DNA of 64,000 bases from an uncultured Clostridia bacterium (GCA_946631895.1 CAMPAN010000003.1:2556-66555); one strand, 5' to 3'. Shown: positions 1 to 9,488, numbered from the stretch's first letter. A program made the numbers and translations. The notes: a model not told the origin generated them from the letters alone.

Positions 1-986
1 CCGGCGACCGCCTCCCGGAAGATACGCTGTTCCTCCGCACGGCGGCGGACGTTTTCGCTTTCCAGCTCCGCCGCAAGCGTCTGCCGTTCCTCCCCGTCTT
101 CGGAAAGGATCAGACGCACCGCGCGTGTGGCGTCTCCCATGCGGCCTGCGGCGTTGATGCGCGGCGCCAGCACAAACGAGAGTGTGCTTTCCCCCGCGAC
201 GCCTTCCACTCCTGCGGCGTCCAGAAGCGCTTTGAGCCCCGGATGCGACGGAATGAGCGGCATCCCCTTTTTCACGATCGCGCGGTTCGGCGCGTTCAGC
301 GGAACCACGTCCGCCATCGTCGCAAGCGCGGCGACCGGGAGATATCTGCCGATCGACAGCCCCAGACCGAGCGCGAGCATCATGGCGACGGCAGCGCCGC
401 AAAGGCAGCCGAGCGCGGGATCCTGATCGGTCCTGGTTGCGCAGACGACCGCTTCGGCATCCGGCAGCGTCTCATGACAGCGGTGATGATCGGTCACGAC
501 CGTATCCATGCCGAAAGAAGCCGCATACGCGATCTCCGCATGCGCGGAAATCCCGTTGTCCACCGTGACAATCAGCTTTACGCCGTCCCGGTGCATCGCG
601 TCGACGGCGTTTTTATTCAGCCCGTAGCCCTCTGCAAACCGGCTCGGCAGCAGATAATCCGCGCATGCGCCGAGACGTTTCAGCGCGTCGAAAAGGATCG
701 AAACGGCGCACACACCGTCGGTGTCGTAATCGCCGTAAACGCAGATACGTTCGCCGTTTCGGATCGCACTTTGAATGCGATCGACCGCGCGCCGCATGTC
801 AGAAAAGGCAAACGGATCGGGAAGGTCCTGCGCTTCGGGATGCAGATATGCTTCGATCGCCGCGTCGTCAATGAGCCCGCGCCGCGCAAGCATTGCGGCA
901 AACGCGCGCGTGAATCCGAAGCGGGTCCGGATATCCCCAATAACGGCGTCGGAAACGTCCGTGTTTTTCGGTATTACATATCGCAT
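1..986 (-). CDS. recJ: single-stranded-DNA-specific exonuclease RecJ, N-terminal part (gene continues beyond window start)
   Basis: My own minus-strand translation from ATG at 986 gives MRYVIPKNTDVSDAVIGDIRTRFGF..ICVYGDYDTDGVCAVSIL..LIVTVDNGISA..VVTDHH..APRINAAGRM. These are DHH-family motifs in RecJ order. It is absent from the ORF track because no stop lies inside the window. Confidence 0.85.
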   Translation of the reverse strand, partial: MRYVIPKNTDVSDAVIGDIRTRFGFTRAFAAMLARRGLIDDAAIEAYLHPEAQDLPDPFAFSDMRRAVDRIQSAIRNGERICVYGDYDTDGVCAVSILFDALKRLGACADYLLPSRFAEGYGLNKNAVDAMHRDGVKLIVTVDNGISAHAEIAYAASFGMDTVVTDHHRCHETLPDAEAVVCATRTDQDPALGCLCGAAVAMMLALGLGLSIGRYLPVAALATMADVVPLNAPNRAIVKKGMPLIPSHPGLKALLDAAGVEGVAGESTLSFVLAPRINAAGRMGDATRAVRLILSEDGEERQTLAAELESENVRRRAEEQRIFREAVA

Positions 987-1034
987 ACGGCATAAAAAGG
1001 GCTGCGGAAGCAAATCCGCAGCCCCGGGGTATTC

Positions 1035-2237
1035 TTACAGCGCGATCGCTGCGGTATCTCTTGCAATCGCAAGCTCTTCGTCGGTCGGCAGAACCATGAC
1101 GGTGACCTTGGAGCCGGGCTTCGAAAGAACGACCTCTTTGCCGCGCGGCGCGGTGCGGTTCAGTTCGAAATCGAAGTCGATGCCGAGGTAGTCCATGTTC
1201 TTCATGATCAGCTCGCGCGTTGCCGCGTCGTTCTCGCCGACGCCTGCCGTGAAGACGATGCAGTCCACGCCGTCCATCTCGGCGGAGTAGCCGCCGATCA
1301 GACGCTTGACGCCCTGCGCAAACATGTCGAGCGCGAGCGCGGCGCGTTCGTTGCCCTCGTTCTTTGCCGCCCACAGATCGCGGAAGTCGCTGGACACGCC
1401 GGAAATGCCGAGCATGCCGCTCTTCTTGTTCATCATCGTGTCGACATCCTTCGCGGTGGTGTCCATCGCCTTCATCAGGAACGGAACGATCGCCGGGTCG
1501 ATGCTGCCGCAGCGCGTGCCCATCGGGAGACCTTCGAGCGGCGTGAGACCCATGGAGGTGTTGACGCACTTGCCGCCCTTCGAGCAGCTGACGGACGAGC
1601 CGTTGCCGAGGTGGCAGGTGATCACGCGGACGTCGGGATCGCCCTCGCGGCCGAGGCGCTTGATCGCTTCGCCGGTGACGAACATGTGCGACGTGCCGTG
1701 GAAGCCGTAACGGCGGACCTGATACTTTTCATAGACCTCATACGGCAGCGCGTAGATGTAGTTCTTCGGCTCCATGCTCATGCCCCACGCGGTGTCGAAC
1801 ACGGCGACCATCGGCGTCTCCGGCATGACGGCGCGGCATGCGTTGATGCCCATGAGGTTTGCGGGATTGTGCAGCGGCGCAAGCGGCGTGCACGCTTCGA
1901 TCATCTTGATGACCTCGTCGTCGATCAGCACGGACTTGGTGAACTTCGTGCCGCCGTGGACGACGCGGTGGCCCACCGCCACGATGGACGCCATATCCTT
2001 GATGACGCCGATCTTCGGATCGACGAGCACGTCGAGCACCATCGCGATCGCTTCCTGGTGCGTCGGCATTGCGGCATCCTTTTCGAGCTTTTCGCCGTTC
2101 GTCGGCTTATAGGTCAGCTTGCCGTCGATGCCGATGCGCTCGCAAAGACCCTTTGCAAGGACGCTCTCGGTGTCGATGTCGATGAGCTGATATTTCAATG
2201 ACGAGCTGCCTGCGTTGATAACAAGAATGGATCTCAT
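1035..2237 (-). CDS. ackA: acetate kinase
   Basis: MRSILVINAGSSSLKYQL.. N-terminus, then ..VGHRVVHGG.. and ..GFHGTSH.. motifs. I placed the start at the internal ATG (2237); the ORF-track extension to 2288 overlaps pta. Confidence 0.95.
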   Translation of the reverse strand: MRSILVINAGSSSLKYQLIDIDTESVLAKGLCERIGIDGKLTYKPTNGEKLEKDAAMPTHQEAIAMVLDVLVDPKIGVIKDMASIVAVGHRVVHGGTKFTKSVLIDDEVIKMIEACTPLAPLHNPANLMGINACRAVMPETPMVAVFDTAWGMSMEPKNYIYALPYEVYEKYQVRRYGFHGTSHMFVTGEAIKRLGREGDPDVRVITCHLGNGSSVSCSKGGKCVNTSMGLTPLEGLPMGTRCGSIDPAIVPFLMKAMDTTAKDVDTMMNKKSGMLGISGVSSDFRDLWAAKNEGNERAALALDMFAQGVKRLIGGYSAEMDGVDCIVFTAGVGENDAATRELIMKNMDYLGIDFDFELNRTAPRGKEVVLSKPGSKVTVMVLPTDEELAIARDTAAIAL

Positions 2238-2250
2238 TGCTTTTCCTCCG

Positions 2251-3249
2251 TTACATGTTCTGTGCCTGTACCGCCGTGATCGCCACAACGGAAACGATAT
2301 CCTCGATGCTGCAGCCGCGGCTCAGGTCGTTGATCGGCGCTGCGAAGCCCTGGCAGATCGGACCGATCGCTTCCGCGCCGGCGAGACGCTGGACGAGCTT
2401 GTAGCCGATGTTGCCAGCCTGCAGGTCCGGGAAGACGAGAACGTTTGCCTTGCCGGCAACGGGGCTTCCGGGGCTCTTGAGCTGACCGACCTTTTCGACG
2501 AGCGCGGCGTCCGCCTGCAGTTCGCCGTCGACCATCAGCTCCGGTGCGCGCTCGTGGACCATCTCGGTCGCGATGCGGACCTTATCAACGTTGTCGTGCT
2601 TTGCGCTGCCCTTCGTGGAGAACGACAGCATCGCGATGCGCGCGTCCATGCCGCAAAGCGCCTTTGCGCTCGCCGCGGACGAGATCGCGATCTCGGCAAG
2701 CTGTTCGGACGTCGGGTCGATGTTGACCGCGCAGTCCGCAAAGATCATCAGACCGTCGTCGCCGTATGCCTTGTTCGGGATCTCCATGATGAAGAAGCTC
2801 GAAACCGTGTTGATGCCGGGCTTCATCTTGATGATCTGCAGACCCGGACGGAGCGTGTTGCCCGTGGTGTTGATCGCGCCGGAAACGAAGCCGTCGCCCT
2901 TGCCGTCCTTGATCATCATCGCCGCAAAGAACAGCGGGTTCTTGATCATGTCGGCAGCCTTTTCGGGCGTGACGCCCTTTGCCTTGCGCATCTCATAGAA
3001 ACGGTCGACATAGAGCTGATAATCCGGATGCGTTTCGGGATCGATCGTGTCGATGCCTTCGAGCGATACGTCGAACTTCTTCGCAACCGCTTCGATCTCT
3101 TCGCGCTTGCCGAACAGCGTGACCTTTGCAATGCCTTCCGCCGTGATGCGTGCTGCCGCCTGCACGGTGCGTTCTTCGGTTCCTTCGGGCAGCAGGATGC
3201 GCTTCACATCCGCCTTTGCCTTTGCCTTGATCTGTTCCATCAACGACAT
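2251..3249 (-). CDS. pta: phosphate acetyltransferase
   Basis: MSLMEQIKAKAKADVKRILLPEGTEERT.. is typical of short-form Pta. GGAGG sits upstream of the ATG at 3249. The gene is immediately upstream of ackA. Confidence 0.93.
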   Translation of the reverse strand: MSLMEQIKAKAKADVKRILLPEGTEERTVQAAARITAEGIAKVTLFGKREEIEAVAKKFDVSLEGIDTIDPETHPDYQLYVDRFYEMRKAKGVTPEKAADMIKNPLFFAAMMIKDGKGDGFVSGAINTTGNTLRPGLQIIKMKPGINTVSSFFIMEIPNKAYGDDGLMIFADCAVNIDPTSEQLAEIAISSAASAKALCGMDARIAMLSFSTKGSAKHDNVDKVRIATEMVHERAPELMVDGELQADAALVEKVGQLKSPGSPVAGKANVLVFPDLQAGNIGYKLVQRLAGAEAIGPICQGFAAPINDLSRGCSIEDIVSVVAITAVQAQNM

Positions 3250-3356
3250 AACAAAATCCTCCAAAATAGATTTACAATTTATTCTAACACATCTGCGCAA
3301 AAAATGATATACTTGTTTTAGATATATTTTTGCATTTTGGCAAGGAGGAGGCTTTC

Positions 3357-4559
3357 ATGCGCGTCGTGGGGATCATCGCGGAGTACAACCCGCTGCACAA
3401 CGGACACATCTATCACATGGAGGAATCCAAAAAGCAGGCAGATTCCGAATTCTGCATCGTCGCCATGTCCGGCAATTTCGTGCAGCGCGGCGAGCCCGCA
3501 TGCTCCGACAAGTTCACCCGTGCGGAATGGGCGGTCATGGGCGGCGCGGACGTCGTCGTCGAGATCCCGACGGTCTACGCAGTCGCGAGCGCGGAGCGCT
3601 TTGCCGAAGGCGCGGTGAAAACGCTTGCCGCAACCGGCGTGGTGACCGATCTTGCGTTCGGCGTGGAGACCGAGGACGTGAACGCGCTCTACCACCTGGC
3701 GGATCTTCTGGACCGCGAGCCCGCAAACCTCAGGGTCTATCTCCTCCACCACCTCAAGCAGGGCAAGTCCTTCCCCCGCGCGCAGTACGACGCGCTCGCG
3801 GATCTCGGCGTTCCCGAAGACGAGCTTGCGATCCTGCAGCAGCCGAACAATATCCTTGCCGTGGAGTACCTGAAATCCATCCGCCGCTTTGCGCCGGAGA
3901 TCCGTCCGCTGCCGATCCAACGGATCGGAAACAAATATAACAGCACTGTGCTGACCGGAAAGCTCAGTAGCGCCACGGCGATCCGCGAAGCGCTTCTGGG
4001 CGGCGACGAATCGGTTTACGATACCATGCCGATGAGCGTTGCGGCGGCGATGCGGTTCGACGAGCAGTTCCCGGTGACCTTCGACCGCTTCGGCACGATG
4101 CTTCTGTACCGTCTGCGCACGATGAGCCTTGAGGAGCTTAAAGCGCTTCCCGACGTTGCGGAAGGGTTTGAACAGGTTCTGTACCGCGCCGCGCGTCAGG
4201 CGACCGACCTTCCGTCGCTGCTCGATCTCATGAAGTCCAAGCGCTATACGCTTGCGCGGTGCAAGCGCATTCTGGTCTCGGCGCTGCTGCACATCCCCAC
4301 CGGCATGACCGACGCGCTCGGCGACAGCATCGGAGATCTGTATCTGCATGTGCTCGGGCTGAAGCGGATCGGCAGAGGTCTGCTTGCGGCGATGGCAAGC
4401 CATGCGGAAGCGCCGGTCATTCTGCGACATTCGGACCTCTCGAACTGCTCGGAGATCGCGCGGGCGTCGCTTGCGATCGACGCGCTGTCCACCGATCTCT
4501 ACGCCTATGCGCTGAACCGCGATCTGCACCGCGATTCGCAGAGCGCGATCACGGTCTGA
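3357..4559 (+). CDS. tmcAL: tRNA(Met) cytidine acetate ligase / UPF0348 nucleotidyltransferase (YlbM-like)
   Basis: MRVVGIIAEYNPLHNGHIYHMEESKK.. matches the YlbM/TmcAL N-terminal HxGH-type signature. AAGGAGGAG RBS precedes the ATG at 3357. Confidence 0.8.
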   Translation: MRVVGIIAEYNPLHNGHIYHMEESKKQADSEFCIVAMSGNFVQRGEPACSDKFTRAEWAVMGGADVVVEIPTVYAVASAERFAEGAVKTLAATGVVTDLAFGVETEDVNALYHLADLLDREPANLRVYLLHHLKQGKSFPRAQYDALADLGVPEDELAILQQPNNILAVEYLKSIRRFAPEIRPLPIQRIGNKYNSTVLTGKLSSATAIREALLGGDESVYDTMPMSVAAAMRFDEQFPVTFDRFGTMLLYRLRTMSLEELKALPDVAEGFEQVLYRAARQATDLPSLLDLMKSKRYTLARCKRILVSALLHIPTGMTDALGDSIGDLYLHVLGLKRIGRGLLAAMASHAEAPVILRHSDLSNCSEIARASLAIDALSTDLYAYALNRDLHRDSQSAITV

Positions 4560-4620
4560 CCTCTCTTATCCCCCATCCCCGCAACGTTATAAGCAAAGCG
4601 CAATTCACGGCTCCGCGAAC

Positions 4621-4646
4621 GGGACGTCGGGGTCGGCGTCCCCTAC
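4621..4646 (-). repeat. GTAG-headed GC-rich hairpin (REP-like unit)
   Basis: The reverse complement reads GTAGGGGACGCCGACCCCGACGTCCC: a GTAG head followed by an imperfect palindrome. Confidence 0.6.
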
Positions 4647-4679
4647 AACGCTATCCCCATCATCCGCGTGACGCCATCT

Positions 4680-4809
4680 CTTCCCCGCAAGGGGAAGGCA
4701 GGAATCACTCCGGCGGACCGTAGGGGCGGATATCATCCGCCCGCCGAGGCATCGCAACTGCGGAACGGGAAGATGCGATCTTCCCCTACGGGTTTCATGT
4801 TTTGCAGGG
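4680..4809. repeat. 130-bp structured direct repeat, copy 1 (contains REP-like hairpins at 4720-4742 plus and 4767-4789 minus)
   Basis: Near-identical to 4906-5035; differences are confined to loop and linker positions. Internal hairpins: CTTCCCC-GCAA-GGGGAAG, GTAGGGGCGGATATCATCCGCCC and GGGAAGATGCGATCTTCCCCTAC. Confidence 0.85.
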
Positions 4810-4905
4810 AGGTCGCCCCCGACCTCCCGCCGATTCATTGATCCGCGAAAAGCGTTCCGCTTTTCTGCGTGTCCACCTCATTCGGCTCTGCTCACGCTTC
4901 GCCAC

Positions 4906-5035
4906 CTTCCCCTCGGAGGGGAAGGCAGGAATCACTCCGGCGGACCGTAGGGGCGGATATGATCCGCCCGCCATGCTTCACAACTGCGGAACGGGAAGAT
5001 GCGATCTTCCCCTACGGGTTTCATATTTTGCAGGG
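4906..5035. repeat. 130-bp structured direct repeat, copy 2 (REP-like hairpins at 4947-4969 plus and 4993-5015 minus)
   Basis: Direct visual alignment with 4680-4809. Confidence 0.85.
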
Positions 5036-5058
5036 GACTCACCACTTCGTTACATAGG

Positions 5059-5091
5059 CAGATCGCGCGCGACCTGACGCGCGATCTGTTT
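5059..5091 (+). terminator. hairpin with perfect 11-bp stem followed by TTT
   Basis: CAGATCGCGCG-cgacctga-CGCGCGATCTG then TTTGCG. Confidence 0.45.
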
Positions 5092-5095
5092 GCGC

Positions 5096-5126
5096 GAAAA
5101 AGAGCGAAGCCAAACGGCTTCGCTCT
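5096..5126 (-). terminator. rho-independent terminator of the amylase gene
   Basis: The minus strand reads AGAGCGAAGCC-gttt-GGCTTCGCTCT followed by TTTTT, about 20 nt after the stop at 5145. Confidence 0.8.
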
Positions 5127-5144
5127 TTCGGTCTGTCGGGTTAA

Positions 5145-8100
5145 CTATTCGCCTATGTACGCCTGCGCCGCCTTCCAGTAGGTATAGATGGCCGCGCCGC
5201 AGTTCTTCTCATTCTCTGTGGCGCCTGTCCTCGTCAGCATCAGATACACGTACGACATCGGGGACGCATCGATCATCGTGGATTCGGTACTAACCTGCGC
5301 ATAGCAGTTGTCGTCGGTGAATACCCAGATGAGGTGCATTTCTCCGAGCTTATGCGCCGGGATGTTCGGCAGCTCCGCAACGAATCTGCCGCGAGCCTTC
5401 TGCATCTCGACTTCATTTGTATTGTCGATCCTGCAAGTCGCAATGCCCGTATAGCTCGGATCGGGCTTAAAGGTCACCGTCATCTTCGTTTCGCTGTCGA
5501 GCGCGAGCATGAACGAAATGCCTTTGATGTTCTCATCGTTCATATTGTTGATTTTGAACAACAGGCTGTCCTCTTCGATCATATCCGCGATGGTGGCATA
5601 ATCATAACTGGCGACCATCTCCGCGAGTTCCCCCGGCAGTACGATCGGCGCATACGATGCCTCGTCGTAGCCCAGCGGCAGGTTCTTCGCTTCCGTAAGA
5701 TACTCCTGCGTACAGTAGCCGTAGCATACAAGCGCGCGGACAAGGTCTTTCGTCTGCTCGGTATACTCGTCCGCATGCTCCTTGAAAGCCTCGTAATACT
5801 GCATGATCGAGTATTGCTTTTCGATCGTCTGACCGTTGCCGTAGTGGAACGTTGCGGTGATCGTGTCCGCCATCTGGATCGCGTTCACATAGCAGGAGAA
5901 GCCGTAATACGTGCCCTTGCTGTTCATCTGGGTTTCGCTGACCGGGACCGGATCACTTGACACCGTGCCCTTGCCGGAGATATCGAACGTCATATAGGTC
6001 TTATCGGCGTCCGCAAGATCCTCCGCGGAAAGCATCGAAAGATCCATATAGAAGTTCACGCCGATGCTGCCGTCGAGCGTCAGCGACTGCGTCTTGAACG
6101 CCGGCTCGGCGACCGCCGCTTCCTTGAACGTCGCGGTGACCTTGGCCTCCCAGATCGTCATCTCAAAGGTGTTGTCCGTTACTTCGACCGTTTCGTTGTA
6201 ATCGTTCACAACAGTCAGCGTATCCAGTTCGTAGCCCGGGTCCGGCGTGATCGTCAGCGTAACGGTTTCGCCTTCTTCGGCGGTCATCTTGTCCGCTGTG
6301 ACCGTGCCGTGCTCCGATTCATTGATCATGACCCTGTTCAGTACTTCATACATGAAGTAGCCGTGGAACCATTTTCCGTAATCGCCGTAGTAGTCGGTAC
6401 CTACGGGCGCACCCTGTCCGTCCGGACGGAACCAGACGCGCGTCAGTCTGTAGAATCCCGAATTGAACTGTTCAGCGCCCAGATTCTGCGCAACCTCAGT
6501 CGAATCCATGTAGCTGCCTGCCGGATAACGCGCAACGCAGCGACCGTTCTCGAGCCTGCATACGAAAATATCGGAGCCGTACAAGATACCCTCGAACAGA
6601 TACAGTCCTGCCGTTTCGGTCTCCTCAAAGGCATAATCCGCGGTGATGTCCGGAACCGGACTGTTGCCGATATTCAGATAATATCCGGAGAGAGCGGAAA
6701 CGCCGGTGCCGTAATCGTGGATCCATGTATACTGTCCCGCCGATTCCGTCGCCAGGTATACGGTTTCGGTCACACCGGTCGTCGTGACGGTGAGTGCTTC
6801 CTGACCCAGATCAAAGGGCACGATCGCATTGCCCTCGACCTTTACGATCCGGTATTTGTTCTCGCCGAAATTGCCGGTTACGGCATAGTTCGTAAAGTAG
6901 TTGAAGACATGTCCTTCCTGATCGAGGTCGGTAAACAGCGTCAGCCTGTGCGCCGGATTGATATTTTCGACCGTCGGATCGGAATCCGGAACGAGATAGT
7001 AGCCGTCTGCAAGCGAAACTGCGCCTTCTTCGATGAACGTCGCCTTGACCGCGGCGTTCTCGGCGGGCATCTCGAAGGTATTGCCTTCGATCTCTGTGAT
7101 ATCGAACTCGCCGGTGTTGAAGCCGGTCTCGCACATATAGACGAGCGTGTCGAGCTCGTAGCCCTCGTTCGGCGTGACCGTGACCGTGACGATCTCGCCC
7201 GCTGCCGCAACGTCCTTATCGACCGTGACGGTGCCGTTCTTGTCTGTATCGTTGACGGTCACGAAGAACTTCGTGCGCTCCGCGTAGATGCAGCCGTCGT
7301 GCCAGCCGTCGCCGCCGTCATAGTTCGGACGGAAGTAGACGGTATAGACGCCGCTTTGCGGAATCTCGCCCGTATAATCGCCGTAGTTGTTGTCGAAGCC
7401 GCTCGGGAACCAGGTCTGATCCGTGATGCCGTCCGGCGAATAGACGATCTTGAACTGGCTGTGATACGGCTTGCTCGTCCGCATCAGCGGAACTTCGATC
7501 ATGTACTCCTCGGTCGAAGCGCCGGTTCTCGTCATCTTGAACTCAGGCATCACCGACCAGCCGTTCATTGTGCCGGCAAGGTAGTAGCCCTCGTCCTCGG
7601 TGACAGTCGGATCGTCGCCGCCGCCGACGTCGCCGTACGCGCTCCATGTGGTCGTCGCGCTGTCCCAGACGCCCTCCTCGAGCGTGAACAGGTTCTTATC
7701 GGACGGGACCGTAAGGTCGCCCGTCTGGTTCCACTTGTTATTCCAGTTGTTGTCCGTAGTTGCCGGGTTCATGCGGCAGAAGATGACGCTCGGATAAGAC
7801 GAGGAGATTTCGGCGGACCAGAGTCCGTCCTCGCCGTCGACCGCGCTCATGCTGTACCAGTGGTCGCCGTTGCCGAACGCATAGACCGCAAAGCGCGCGC
7901 CGTCCTGCTTCCAGTTGCTGTTGGGCCGCAGGTAGAGCGTCCGTGTGATGGACGCCGGAGGCGTCGGCATCTCGCCGGAGGTGGTTTCATAGACGACCGC
8001 AACGCCCGTCGGACCGACGTTGCCGAAGATCCTGCCGTTCTGCACGCCGAAGGTATTGCCGGTGACCGAATCCTTATAGACGCCGTCGCTCATCAGATGC

Positions 8101-9428
8101 GCTTCAAGATCGACCCAGCCCGCGCCGTCGAGCTTCACAATCGAAACGCCCGCACCGGACTGCCCCTGCGTGCCGCGCTCGATCCAGGTGATCTTGGCGT
8201 CCTGATCATGGGACAGCCATTCGCCCTTGCCGTCGTAATGGTTCTTGAACGCGTTGACCGCCGCGACCGCCGGGGATTTCCAGGACGTATCGGAGCTTGC
8301 AACGCCCATGCGCTCGTTCGGTCTTGCAAGGAACAGAGCGGTGGAATCGGCTCTTGCGCCGACGATGCCCCACGTCTTGACGATCTTTGCGGAGGAAACG
8401 CCGGTCGAACCGCCGTCCTCATAGGTGTCGTGCGATTCCGCCCAGATGACGTAATCCTTCGGCGAATTGCCGCGGGTATAATCGGAAACCGCCAGAAGTC
8501 CGGCGTTCTGATCGACGACCGCGCCGCGCGCCGAGTTGCCCGCCTGGCTGTCGGTAAGGCCCATGTAGGTGATGAACTCGTTGACCCACGCATCGGAGCC
8601 GGAGCCGCTCAGCGATTCGCCGTAGATATACAGGTTGTTTGCGCCCGCATAGTCGCGTACGCCGTTCAGGATGTACGGCCAGAAGTCGCTGCCGCAGCCC
8701 TCGTCGCCGGGGAGCTCGATGTGCTTTGCCGCGTCAAAGCGGAAGCCGTCGACGCCGCAGTCCACGCACTCCTTGAGGAAATCCAGCACCATGTTCTGCA
8801 CGTCGCGGCTTCCGGTGTTCAGGTCCGGCATCGAAAGGTGGTACTGCGTCATGGTGTACCGGCTGTCGTCGTTCGTGCCGTTCTCACTCGTGTGATACAG
8901 GCCCTTGCTGCCGTCCGGATCCTGCAGACGCTCCGCAACCTGATCGCTGACGTTGTAGGTGCCGTTTACGGTATAACCGCCGCCGGTGACGTTTGCGGTG
9001 TGGTTTGCAACGACGTCAACGATGACGTAGATGCCCTCATCCGCCGCCGCGTTGCAGAGCGCGGTCAGGTCCGCCTTGGAGCCCAGCCACGAGCCGTTCT
9101 CGCCCACGACGCAGAAGTCCAGCGGCTGATAGAGCTTCCACCAGTTTCCGCCGGTGTCGTTCCACGAGGCGTTGTAGTCCTTCGGCGGCTGTACCGGCGA
9201 AGTCTGTACGGCTGCGTAGCCCGCCGCCTTGATGTCCGGCAGCGCAGCTCTGATCTCGTCAAACGACCAGTCGAAGCAGTGCAGGATCGCGCCGCCCTGT
9301 ACGATCGCCTGATCGATCGGCTGCGCATCCGCGACCGCTGCCTTCGGCGCAAAGATCGTCGGCACAAGGCTCAGCACCATCAGCAGCGCAAGCAGAACCG
9401 ACAGCAGTTTACGATTCATTTGCTTCAT
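5145..9428 (-). CDS. secreted multidomain alpha-amylase, GH13 (AmyE-like catalytic module) with starch-binding-like and repeated Ig-like modules
   Basis: Signal peptide MKQMNRKLLSVLLALLMVLSLVPTIFAPKAAVADA. ILHCFDWSFDEIRAALPDIKAAGYAAVQTSPVQ resembles the AmyE N-terminus. GH13 regions present: DVVANH, GFRFDAAKH, YGESL, WAESHD. A Trp-rich module follows (..NWKQDGARFAVYAFGNGDHWYSM..NNWNNKWNQTGDL..). Confidence 0.9.
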   Translation of the reverse strand: MKQMNRKLLSVLLALLMVLSLVPTIFAPKAAVADAQPIDQAIVQGGAILHCFDWSFDEIRAALPDIKAAGYAAVQTSPVQPPKDYNASWNDTGGNWWKLYQPLDFCVVGENGSWLGSKADLTALCNAAADEGIYVIVDVVANHTANVTGGGYTVNGTYNVSDQVAERLQDPDGSKGLYHTSENGTNDDSRYTMTQYHLSMPDLNTGSRDVQNMVLDFLKECVDCGVDGFRFDAAKHIELPGDEGCGSDFWPYILNGVRDYAGANNLYIYGESLSGSGSDAWVNEFITYMGLTDSQAGNSARGAVVDQNAGLLAVSDYTRGNSPKDYVIWAESHDTYEDGGSTGVSSAKIVKTWGIVGARADSTALFLARPNERMGVASSDTSWKSPAVAAVNAFKNHYDGKGEWLSHDQDAKITWIERGTQGQSGAGVSIVKLDGAGWVDLEAHLMSDGVYKDSVTGNTFGVQNGRIFGNVGPTGVAVVYETTSGEMPTPPASITRTLYLRPNSNWKQDGARFAVYAFGNGDHWYSMSAVDGEDGLWSAEISSSYPSVIFCRMNPATTDNNWNNKWNQTGDLTVPSDKNLFTLEEGVWDSATTTWSAYGDVGGGDDPTVTEDEGYYLAGTMNGWSVMPEFKMTRTGASTEEYMIEVPLMRTSKPYHSQFKIVYSPDGITDQTWFPSGFDNNYGDYTGEIPQSGVYTVYFRPNYDGGDGWHDGCIYAERTKFFVTVNDTDKNGTVTVDKDVAAAGEIVTVTVTPNEGYELDTLVYMCETGFNTGEFDITEIEGNTFEMPAENAAVKATFIEEGAVSLADGYYLVPDSDPTVENINPAHRLTLFTDLDQEGHVFNYFTNYAVTGNFGENKYRIVKVEGNAIVPFDLGQEALTVTTTGVTETVYLATESAGQYTWIHDYGTGVSALSGYYLNIGNSPVPDITADYAFEETETAGLYLFEGILYGSDIFVCRLENGRCVARYPAGSYMDSTEVAQNLGAEQFNSGFYRLTRVWFRPDGQGAPVGTDYYGDYGKWFHGYFMYEVLNRVMINESEHGTVTADKMTAEEGETVTLTITPDPGYELDTLTVVNDYNETVEVTDNTFEMTIWEAKVTATFKEAAVAEPAFKTQSLTLDGSIGVNFYMDLSMLSAEDLADADKTYMTFDISGKGTVSSDPVPVSETQMNSKGTYYGFSCYVNAIQMADTITATFHYGNGQTIEKQYSIMQYYEAFKEHADEYTEQTKDLVRALVCYGYCTQEYLTEAKNLPLGYDEASYAPIVLPGELAEMVASYDYATIADMIEEDSLLFKINNMNDENIKGISFMLALDSETKMTVTFKPDPSYTGIATCRIDNTNEVEMQKARGRFVAELPNIPAHKLGEMHLIWVFTDDNCYAQVSTESTMIDASPMSYVYLMLTRTGATENEKNCGAAIYTYWKAAQAYIGE

Positions 9429-9488
9429 TCCGAAACTACCCTCCCTTTTTCAGTCACGTGGATGATCTTCCACTTTCACACATAATAT

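Noticed and set aside
4605-5293. Several 60-91-aa ORFs in the tmcAL-amylase spacer (for example 4802-5077 and 4869-5057)
   Set aside because: They are generated by the GC-rich repeat hairpins, with duplicated peptide segments mirroring the 130-bp DNA repeat. None has an RBS, and they overlap on both strands.
6309-9485. 1058-aa plus-strand ORF
   Set aside because: It is fully antisense to the well-supported GH13 amylase gene. Its composition is Arg/Val/Asp/Ala-rich and low in complexity, with no recognisable motifs. This is the typical stop-poor antisense frame of a high-GC gene.
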